Source: a virus. From it: 64,000 nucleotides of DNA. Below the pieces are notes generated by a model. It was not told the origin of the DNA. It ran no database searches and saw only the letters and a program-made list of their open reading frames with translations. The stretch covers positions 116,793 to 180,792 of IMG/VR virus record IMGVR_UViG_3300023199_000127; one strand, written 5' to 3'. A program made the translations under genes and the position numbers. The first letter of the stretch is position 1, and the number at the start of each line of letters is the position of its first letter. Of this stretch, positions 57,177 through 64,000 are shown in pieces.

Positions 57177-57446
57177 TTAGCGGTGCCACTTCCTATGGAA
57201 TGCTGCTATCACAGGGGTTTCTCGCTCTGGAGGGGAACTGTAATGGGGTCAACTATTCAGCTACGATGTTCATTCACGCCATGCTGAAAAGTGACATGTG
57301 CACAGCCTACACGACCTTGGACTGCACCGTACTCGAAGGCCTCGTCGGCACCCTTCGCGGCGCCAGAACGCAGGATCCATCGTTTTCAGGATAGGCTCGG
57401 GCGTCTTGTGCGAGCCTATACCGGCGTACCACTTCTTGTACTTCAT
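57177..57446 (-). pseudogene. Frameshifted SLOG/DprA-like gene
   Basis: KWYAGIGSHKTPEPILKTM, then in other frames ILRSGAAKGADEAFEYG and VIAAFHRKW; CAGGAG RBS. Confidence 0.7.
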
Positions 57447-57516
57447 GGTCAAAACTCCTGATGAAAAGGGGAAAATCACCACCTGTAGGTGGTTACACCC
57501 GCCGGCTTGCTGCCGG

Positions 57517-57846
57517 CTACCATCCCCTCAAAGTGCCGTTACTGAGCGGAATATCGGCGCTGGTCTGGCCGGCGCCGAGCTGCTTGAGCTCCTCACGCTC
57601 TCTGTCGGTCTCCATGTGTTTGCTCTCCTGCGGTTCCGCCATCTGCTCATGAGAGGGAGCACCAAGCTCCTTATTATGTGCGGCAGCCTTGTACTTCTCG
57701 CGGCCTCGCCACCCTGCCATCATCGGCTCCAGCTCGAGCAGCTGGCTCACAGCGGAGATGGGACAGGGGCTGCGAGATTCCGCGCCCAGTGCAGGGCATG
57801 AGGCCTTCCACATGCCCTTCTGGTCCCATGTAATCTGGATGTTCAT
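57517..57846 (-). CDS. Hypothetical protein with weak HicB-like N-terminus
   Basis: WKASCPALGAES..AVSQLL; CAGGAG RBS. Confidence 0.55.
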   Translation of the reverse strand: MNIQITWDQKGMWKASCPALGAESRSPCPISAVSQLLELEPMMAGWRGREKYKAAAHNKELGAPSHEQMAEPQESKHMETDREREELKQLGAGQTSADIPLSNGTLRGW

Positions 57847-57848
57847 GG

Positions 57849-58151
57849 TTACTCCTGTAGCCTGTCGAAGTAGGCCTTGGAGGCTACATTCTCGCCCACC
57901 TCCTCGATGGGAGCGAGGGCCAAGCCCATCGCTGCCAGAGTATCCAGCAGATCCAGGGAGCTGAGCTCGAGGGCCTGCTCGGCCTCACTGCTGTTGCAGA
58001 AGTCCTCCTCCTGCTGATCGGTGAGATCCGGGGGCATGTTAGCCACGATGGCGAAATTCGCATGGAGCTCGGTCATGAGGCTATCAACCAGCGCCTCTTG
58101 ATCCTTCTTCTGCGGCACGATGTGTCTCCTCTGTAGGCGGAAAATCAGCAC
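57849..58151 (-). CDS. Hypothetical acidic protein
   Basis: ORF; real start probably an internal GTG. Confidence 0.55.
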   Translation of the reverse strand: MLIFRLQRRHIVPQKKDQEALVDSLMTELHANFAIVANMPPDLTDQQEEDFCNSSEAEQALELSSLDLLDTLAAMGLALAPIEEVGENVASKAYFDRLQE

Positions 58152-58223
58152 AGGCCACCAAGGCCCGCGCCCTTACCCCGTAGGGGAATAGCGGTAGTGA
58201 TGATGAAACACAAGAGAGTAAGT

Positions 58224-58322
58224 GCACCCCCATTGATAGACCATAAAAGGTCTATCAAGGGGGTGCTTAGATGTTCTCAAGGGTCTATCAAAGGGGCTGC
58301 TTAAATGTTCTCAAGATCTATC
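58224..58322. repeat. Palindrome overlapping about 2.3 copies of a 32-34 bp direct repeat
   Basis: GCACCCCC(A)TTGATAGACC-ATAAAA-GGTCTATCAAGGGGGTGC (58224-58266); GTCTATCAA..GGGG..TGCTTA.ATGTTCTCAAG occurs twice. Confidence 0.85.
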
Positions 58323-58396
58323 ACAGTACTCGAAGAGACCTGGTTAGGGTGGTTCATGACGAACCTACGATCGTTGGTTCGTGACGATGATACCGC

Positions 58397-58523
58397 TGTT
58401 CCATGGACAGCCACCTAGTGACTGTTACGGATTAATGCTCTATGGACAGCTACCTAGTGCTCTATGGACAGCTACCTAGTGCTCTATGGACAGCTACCTA
58501 GTGCTCTATGGACAGCTACCTAG
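58397..58523. repeat. Iteron-like 22-bp tandem repeat
   Basis: TGCTCTATGGACAGCTACCTAG four times, perfect (58436-58523), plus a 3-mismatch copy at 58397-58418. Confidence 0.95.
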
Positions 58524-58838
58524 TAGTATCTCCACCCAACCAGGACTCCTCCAATACTGTAACTGCTACAGTATAGTATCAGTGTCACAGGACCGGATTA
58601 ATGCGATCTGGACGGTCTCACCTCCCCCGCACCTCTACTGCATGTGAACTCTTCCACAGGAACTACTAGACAGGCTATATGTCATATATCAGCAAGAGGG
58701 CGGGAGACTGGTCAAATCTCATTAATCCTGACTATACCCAGTGGGCCGGCCCTGTATAGCCAGTGTCGGTGTCAGGCTCACATTCGTTCGCCTTGACCCC
58801 TCCACAACTCCCCTTGGCGGGGAGTCCAGTGCCCCTAG

Positions 58839-59240
58839 CTACGCTAGGGGACTGGCTCCGCCAGCCAGGGGTACTGCCTGTATCACGTTCCTCGCTCGCT
58901 CGAAGCCCATGGCCCTGCGCTCTCTCATCCACACCTCCCTGTCCATGGAGATGAGGATCGTAGCGCAGATGCACACCACTCCTGCTCCTACGAAGGCAGT
59001 GATGCCTGTGGGGAATGTCATGTAGCTGAGTGCTGTGATCAGCACGTCAGCTACCAGAGGGAAGCGGCGGGCGAAGCTTCGTACGAGCGGGGCCTTGATG
59101 GCGATGAAGGTCCATGCCACGAGGCTGATGAAGCCGCACACGATGCCTGCGATCAGAAATCCGCCCAGCTTGAGTGCGACCAGGGTCAACACGATCAGCA
59201 CGATCGTACCGCCCAACGAGAGCTGCTTGTCCTTGTTCAC
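58839..59240 (-). CDS. Multi-pass membrane protein (about 4 TM)
   Basis: CAGGAG RBS, GTG start, four hydrophobic segments. Confidence 0.7.
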   Translation of the reverse strand: MNKDKQLSLGGTIVLIVLTLVALKLGGFLIAGIVCGFISLVAWTFIAIKAPLVRSFARRFPLVADVLITALSYMTFPTGITAFVGAGVVCICATILISMDREVWMRERRAMGFERARNVIQAVPLAGGASPLA

Positions 59241-59271
59241 GGGAATCTCCTGAGTAAATCAGTGGAACACT

Positions 59272-59309
59272 GAAGAAAGGGGAGTGTGACCCCTAAGGGC
59301 CACACTCCC
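59272..59309 (-). terminator. Rho-independent terminator
   Basis: Minus strand GGGAGTGTGGCCC-TTAG-GGGTCACACTCCC-CTTTCTTC (one G:U pair). Confidence 0.75.
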
Positions 59310-59328
59310 TGACGTCTTGGGGCGTATG

Positions 59329-59991
59329 CTAGAACTCGCCGACGTCGTCGCCCGCGGCGCCGGTGAAGCCCGGCTGCGGGGACTGCTGTCCGGTGGACGG
59401 CTTGTCCGTGGACTGCTGGTTGTTGCCGAAGTTGCGGTTGTTGCGGTTGTTGCGCCGGCTCCTGCGGCCCGTCTTCGGGTCGCGGTAGCCGTTCGCCACC
59501 TCCCACTCGAACTTCTGCTTGCGGCTGGCCCGCTCGGACATCACCTGCGTGATGACGGAGCTGAGATCGAGCTTGCCGCCCATCTCCTGCGAGATGGACT
59601 CGGCGGCATCCATTGCCGCGGGGAGCGACAGCCAGATGGCCACGATCTCGGTGGACGGCTTGGAGCGCGACGCGATGCAGCGACCGCCCTCCTCCTTGGA
59701 CGGGCCGCCCTGGTAGAGCGACACGTTCCCGTAGTTCAGGCCCAGCAGCTCGCCGTCCTTCGTGACCCGGTTCACCGGGAACGAGACGTAGATGGTGCTG
59801 AGCCTCTTGACCTCTTCGAGGTCCGCGAGGATGGACTCGTCCAGGTCCTCGCGCTCGCCCATGGACGAGATCTCGTCGATGAGCGTGATGGGGAAGCGCA
59901 GGTAGTGCGAGGTCTCCTCGCTGGCCTGCAGTTCGACCGTCTGTCGCGCGGCCGTGGCGGCGGACTGAATCCGCTTCAAGAAATCGGGCAT
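59329..59991 (-). CDS. Unknown protein with R/N-rich low-complexity and acidic tail
   Basis: CAGGAGG RBS; RRNNRNNRN; ends GDDVGEF; strong C/G-ending codon bias. Confidence 0.75.
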   Translation of the reverse strand: MPDFLKRIQSAATAARQTVELQASEETSHYLRFPITLIDEISSMGEREDLDESILADLEEVKRLSTIYVSFPVNRVTKDGELLGLNYGNVSLYQGGPSKEEGGRCIASRSKPSTEIVAIWLSLPAAMDAAESISQEMGGKLDLSSVITQVMSERASRKQKFEWEVANGYRDPKTGRRSRRNNRNNRNFGNNQQSTDKPSTGQQSPQPGFTGAAGDDVGEF

Positions 59992-60129
59992 GGCTGATTC
60001 CTCCTGTAAACGGGCTACGTTGCCCTGTTGTGAGCGCAGAGACCAGCATCAGCCATTAGCTGGAATCCACACGTGAATCACACCGTGAGGTGGTCACCCC
60101 CGGTGGTAGGTTGCTGTATGCTGTACGCC

Positions 60130-60480
60130 CTAGGCGGGCGCTTCCGAGGCCCTCCCGAAGAGCTTCTGGACGTCCACGCCGAGTTGCACGCACATCTCGC
60201 GCACTCCGACCTTGGCCATGCGAGCCGCGGACTTGATCTGGCGGCGCATCTTGCGCTCCAGCATCCGCTTCGTCTCCTCGCTGAAGCCCTTCTCGTGGCC
60301 CTTCATGTACGACTGGAAGGTCGTGGTGGCCTTGATCCGCTGTGCGATGGCCTCCGTCACCGGTTTGGTGTGTGCGTGCACGAAGCCGGCGCCCACGCCG
60401 GTGGAGTGCACCGCACGGAGGAACATGCTCCCGAGCTTGTCGACCAAGCTGGGCTGGGGTTGTTCGTTGTTCTCGTTCAC
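60130..60480 (-). CDS. Hypothetical basic protein
   Basis: CAGGAG RBS, GTG start. Confidence 0.65.
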   Translation of the reverse strand: MNENNEQPQPSLVDKLGSMFLRAVHSTGVGAGFVHAHTKPVTEAIAQRIKATTTFQSYMKGHEKGFSEETKRMLERKMRRQIKSAARMAKVGVREMCVQLGVDVQKLFGRASEAPA

Positions 60481-60772
60481 TGTTCAAGTCTCCTGTGATA
60501 TGGTCCCACCATTGGGGACACACTTATGAGGTGGTTACCCCCGCCTCCTGCGTTCCTGAGTGCGGCACGCCTGGCGGGCCTGGTAGCGCTCCCTGCGCAC
60601 CAGGTGCGCGCGGAAGCTCTTGGGGTGGATACGAATCTCTCTGCTGCTCACGGGCCACGCTTTCTCCTGTCTTCGTAAGTCGGGCAGCCGCACACCGTGT
60701 GCGACTGCCCTATTAACAGTAACTTCCTTCATCCAAGGAGTTAACCACCCAGGTGGTTACCCCCGTTGGAAC

Positions 60773-60822
60773 GTTCCTGTACGGGATGTTCCTGTACGGG
60801 ATGTTCCTGGCGGAAGTTCCTG
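60773..60822. repeat. GTTCCTG four times (spacing 15, 15, 13)
   Basis: GTTCCTGTACGGGAT twice, then two partial units; adjacent to the 60751 motif. Confidence 0.8.
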
Positions 60823-60831
60823 CTAGGCGCT

Positions 60832-62148
60832 CTAGGCAAACGCCCAGTTGGGCGTGATGCCTGCCCTCTCAGCCTCCTGGCGGAGAGTGCTGATGGGGGG
60901 CAGCTGGCGGGGAGACTCAGCCTCCCTCACCAGATGCGCCGCGTAGTCGTTGTAGAGCTTGAACTGCAGGGTGTAGTTCCTGACGATCTTGCCCTTCCTG
61001 GTCTTCCAGGTGGACCTTAGCCCGTACTCACGCTGGTTGTGCTCGTTGAACTCCATGGAGAACTGAGCGTGGTAGCGCGAGACGTACCTGCCAGGCATCC
61101 ACTTCACGAATCCGCTGGGGTAGAGGACACCGACCATGCGAATCATGTGGGGACTGTGGCACGTAGCCGTGCTGTAGATGAGACGAGTGTTGCGACCCTC
61201 AGTGGGCTGAGCAACCCAGGCCATGTGCTCCTTGTAGGAGTCCAGCTGCGACCTGTAGTTGGTACCCTCACGATCGTCCTGACACTGATTCTCCAGGAGG
61301 AACTTGATCTTGGTCTTGAACGACTCGTTGAGGACAGCCGCCTCTTCGAGATAGTCCAAACGGATGTCACCACGCTCAATGCCGAGAGCCAGTGCTCGAG
61401 GCAGGTTGACGCCATCGCTGATGGTGTGCATGGGCTGCATGTTGTCTGCATCGCCATGGTTGAAGATCCAGGTCCAGCTCTTCTTGAGTGCCTTCTTGTA
61501 GCCGAGATCGCTCTGGACCATGAAGTCACCCAGATCCAGTGTATACTCATCCGACACGAACTTCGGCTTGTAGTACTCCTCGATGAGCTCGTGGTTGTCC
61601 TCCATACCGTTGAGCAGATCGTAGCTGAGCTCCTCAATGGGGGAGTTGTCGTCCAGGCGCTGGATGCGCTTGTGCTCGACGTTGAAGAGGATCTTGTGCC
61701 ACAGGGGCGAATCCTGATCGTGAGCACTGCTGACCAGACAGCCTTCGGGGGTGATGACGATCTGTTCCCAGTACTCGTTACGCATAAGCTCATCCTGGAT
61801 TGCGAAGATCTCCTTGATCTGACGCTCGATGAACTCAGGCCCCTGCTTCTTGCTGTCCACGAGGTAGCCAGCCTTGGGCATCTCCGACGTGGGGTGATCC
61901 GCCGGCAGATTGGTGAGGGGCATGACCTTGCCGTCCACGCGCTTCACCATGAGGTGAGTGAGGGAGGAATCGAGGTTCATGCTGCTAACCTCGTCCTCGG
62001 TGAGGTGACGGTACGCCATCACCATGATGGTGGGCAGCACACCGGGGACCGAAGCGATCCTCCAGAGGTACTGCTCGATGAGGTCACGGCACTTGGCTGC
62101 CATGGCCTGCCACCCGATGTATTGCGGATGGTCCTGTTGGATGAACAT
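60832..62148 (-). CDS. Unknown 438 aa protein
   Basis: AAAGGAG RBS before MFIQQ; strong coding bias; no recognised motif. Confidence 0.75.
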   Translation of the reverse strand: MFIQQDHPQYIGWQAMAAKCRDLIEQYLWRIASVPGVLPTIMVMAYRHLTEDEVSSMNLDSSLTHLMVKRVDGKVMPLTNLPADHPTSEMPKAGYLVDSKKQGPEFIERQIKEIFAIQDELMRNEYWEQIVITPEGCLVSSAHDQDSPLWHKILFNVEHKRIQRLDDNSPIEELSYDLLNGMEDNHELIEEYYKPKFVSDEYTLDLGDFMVQSDLGYKKALKKSWTWIFNHGDADNMQPMHTISDGVNLPRALALGIERGDIRLDYLEEAAVLNESFKTKIKFLLENQCQDDREGTNYRSQLDSYKEHMAWVAQPTEGRNTRLIYSTATCHSPHMIRMVGVLYPSGFVKWMPGRYVSRYHAQFSMEFNEHNQREYGLRSTWKTRKGKIVRNYTLQFKLYNDYAAHLVREAESPRQLPPISTLRQEAERAGITPNWAFA

Positions 62149-62197
62149 TCTTTCTCCTTTGTTGAGCCGAGTGTCCTTCACTCGGCTAGGTTATGGT

Positions 62198-62329
62198 TTA
62201 CGAGTCCTTGTCCTCACGCCCAACGATGAGGGTGAGGATCTTGTAGCCAAGGTAGAAGGGAAGCACGAGCTTCCCGGCTACCAAGGCTCCGGTCAGGGGC
62301 ATGAGAAGGATGTGGACCAGGGTCTCCAC
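62198..62329 (-). CDS. 43 aa membrane peptide
   Basis: Hand translation VETLVHILLMPLTGALVAGKLVLPFYLGYKILTLIVGREDKDS; not in ORF track. Confidence 0.5.
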   Translation of the reverse strand: METLVHILLMPLTGALVAGKLVLPFYLGYKILTLIVGREDKDS

Positions 62330-62331
62330 GT

Positions 62332-63048
62332 CTAGAAGTCCAGGTTGTCGAACGCCTTGGTGTCTTCACTCATCTCCTCCTTGAGGTCGTGGGCGAGAGT
62401 GTCCCTGAGGGCAACGATGTGCTCCTCGTTCAGGTGATCGAGAGCACCGACGACCTTCTCCTGCTTCCCCGTGTCCAGCGTGTTGAACTCCTTGATGATG
62501 GCCTTCATGACCGGACGGGTGGGCTTGCGCAGGTAGCGCTGCAGCTTCTCACGCAGGGTGAGGTCTGCGATCTTGGTCTTCATGAGCTCCGGCTTCTCCT
62601 CACGAGTGGCCGGCGTGTCCTCCCTCTGGTAGGTGCGGTTGGTGGTACGGGCCTCCTTCTGCTTGTACAGGAAGTACGAGATGAGCTGCTGGGAGAGATC
62701 CGTGCGGAAGTGGAACTCGGGCGTACCCCAATTCCAGAACTGGCTGTCCTTCGTGGCCTCGCCGAAGAAGTGCATGGTGCCGCGTCCACTACGCTCAGCG
62801 ATCGAACGACGGATGCGGAAGAATCCCTGGGGCTTGCCGTTCTTGGTGGGCACCTCGTTGGGCCAACCCTCCGCCTCGAAGAAGAAGAGCATGGGGATGT
62901 CCTTCTCCCAGAGGGTGACGAAGTCGGTGGTGTCCTTCGAGAGGCCCTCCTTCTCGAGGGCATCGAGGAACTGCTTGTCGTCCTTGGTCTTGAGCGACAG
63001 ACGCACGTTGATGCGGAGACCGAGGAAGATGATGATGAACTTGAGCAT
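62332..63048 (-). CDS. Unknown 238 aa protein
   Basis: AAAGGAG RBS before MLKFII; ends AFDNLDF. Confidence 0.7.
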   Translation of the reverse strand: MLKFIIIFLGLRINVRLSLKTKDDKQFLDALEKEGLSKDTTDFVTLWEKDIPMLFFFEAEGWPNEVPTKNGKPQGFFRIRRSIAERSGRGTMHFFGEATKDSQFWNWGTPEFHFRTDLSQQLISYFLYKQKEARTTNRTYQREDTPATREEKPELMKTKIADLTLREKLQRYLRKPTRPVMKAIIKEFNTLDTGKQEKVVGALDHLNEEHIVALRDTLAHDLKEEMSEDTKAFDNLDF

Positions 63049-63061
63049 GTGGATTTCTCCT

Positions 63062-63346
63062 TTAGTAGTAAATACGGATGAACGCATCCGCACGATCCAT
63101 GAACTGGGACACCAGAGACAGCGCCGTGCGGTCTCCGGTCGTGTTGGGCATCTCGAGCGTGATCCCATCGATGTCGTCGTCATCGATCCACAGCTCGATC
63201 TTGCCGGACTGGTCGATGAAGTTGACCTCGTGGTGACCACCGAAGATGGCCGCGATGAAGAAGTGGGGGTTGTGGTCGCAGTAGACCTCGTACCCCTTGG
63301 CCATCAGGTAGGCCTTGATGACGGTGAGCAGCCTGTGGTTATCCAT
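63062..63346 (-). CDS. Hypothetical protein
   Basis: AAGGAG RBS before MDNHRLL. Confidence 0.65.
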   Translation of the reverse strand: MDNHRLLTVIKAYLMAKGYEVYCDHNPHFFIAAIFGGHHEVNFIDQSGKIELWIDDDDIDGITLEMPNTTGDRTALSLVSQFMDRADAFIRIYY

Positions 63347-63482
63347 TCTTGATCTCCTTGATGTTGGTCTGTCCACACTGCGGACACGTGGAGGGAACAC
63401 CCCTCCAAGGAAAGGCGTGCCTGCAGTGTTGGTTCAGACAGCGATACCAGTTGACCCTCCTCTTGTGTGAGGTGTGGTTCAT
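63339..63482 (-). CDS. 47 aa zinc-ribbon protein
   Basis: CLNQHC..CPQCG; ATGA overlap. Confidence 0.6.
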   Translation of the reverse strand: MNHTSHKRRVNWYRCLNQHCRHAFPWRGVPSTCPQCGQTNIKEIKNG

Positions 63483-63922
63483 GAGATGTGGCACCAGAGG
63501 ATGACGTGGGAAACGAGTGCACCCACACGGGTGCACGCCTTGATCACCATGAGGATGATCCCTCCCGGGTACTCGCGTACCAGGTACAGTGCACCGGTGA
63601 AGCCCAGGGTGATAGGCACGATGATCAGGACGCTCCCCCTGGTTGCCACGTACGCGTTGGCCTCGAACGACCAGTCTCCCACCAGGTACAGAGAACCCAG
63701 TGTGAGGAAGATGTCCGGGAGGAGGCCGAGGTTGAACACCCATGCTCCAGTGCGGAAGGGGTTCTCAGTGTACATGATCATCAGCCCGGTGCAGCACATG
63801 ACACCAGCGAGGATGTAGAGGTGAGCTGTACCCACGATGTAGGATGTACTATCCCACACCGGTGAGCACAGATGGAGTGTGGCCCCAAGCAGGACAAGGG
63901 GCAGGTAACGGACGTGCTTCAT
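63479..63922 (-). CDS. Multi-pass membrane protein
   Basis: CAGGAG RBS; four to five hydrophobic segments. Confidence 0.7.
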   Translation of the reverse strand: MKHVRYLPLVLLGATLHLCSPVWDSTSYIVGTAHLYILAGVMCCTGLMIMYTENPFRTGAWVFNLGLLPDIFLTLGSLYLVGDWSFEANAYVATRGSVLIIVPITLGFTGALYLVREYPGGIILMVIKACTRVGALVSHVILWCHIS

Positions 63923-63926
63923 TACA

Positions 63927-63989
<63 letters not shown>

Positions 63990-64000
63990 CTGAGTGGGAG

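Larger units (their letters stand above)
57487..60765 (-). promoter_or_regulatory. Dispersed 15-bp motif AGGTGGTYACCCCCG (minus strand CGGGGGTRACCACCT)
   Basis: Copies at 57487-57501 (1 mismatch), 60088-60102, 60529-60543 and 60751-60765, each upstream of a minus-strand start. Confidence 0.65.

Noticed and set aside
58397-58523. CRISPR mini-array
   Set aside because: The repeats are head-to-tail without spacers, and there are no cas genes
58152-58830. tRNA or coding ORFs (58732-58974, 58741-59025) in the gap
   Set aside because: No cloverleaf or T-loop consensus; the ORFs lack RBS and coding bias
59237-60049. 270 aa alternative-frame minus-strand ORF
   Set aside because: It is an Arg/Gly/Pro-rich off-frame product of GC-rich codons; 59329-59991 has the RBS and ends before the terminator

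Overview
A 64 kb segment of a large dsDNA tailed-phage genome. There are no rRNA, tRNA or host housekeeping operons. Genes are densely packed, often with ATGA/TAATG stop-start overlaps, and all convincing genes but one lie on the minus strand. From 1 to 33 kb is a replication, recombination and nucleotide block: MazG-like fusion, Tmk, SpoVG-fold SSB, UvsX-like RecA, two PD-(D/E)XK nucleases, DnaN-like clamp, MoxR AAA+/vWA pair, class II RNR NrdJ, UDG, GT4 glycosyltransferase, SF2 helicase, DnaE and a second short RecA paralog. The standout feature (34.1-37.9 kb) is a highly minimized two-subunit RNA polymerase: a beta'-like 561 aa chain with a GADCDGD active site and a beta-like 590 aa chain, with a small gene between them. 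From 39 to 47 kb are HIRAN, RNase H, Macro, an RNA-repair pair (Rnl1 and HD-PNK), an Orn-like nuclease and ThyX. From 47 to 58 kb is a mosaic accessory region with GC-rich patches and eroded genes. A non-coding block at 58.15-58.8 kb carries iteron-like 22-bp repeats and a large palindrome. From 58.8 to 64 kb are unknown, probably early genes with a recurring 15-bp upstream motif and a (TG)20 tract. All family calls are by-eye motif recognition; no database searches were run.
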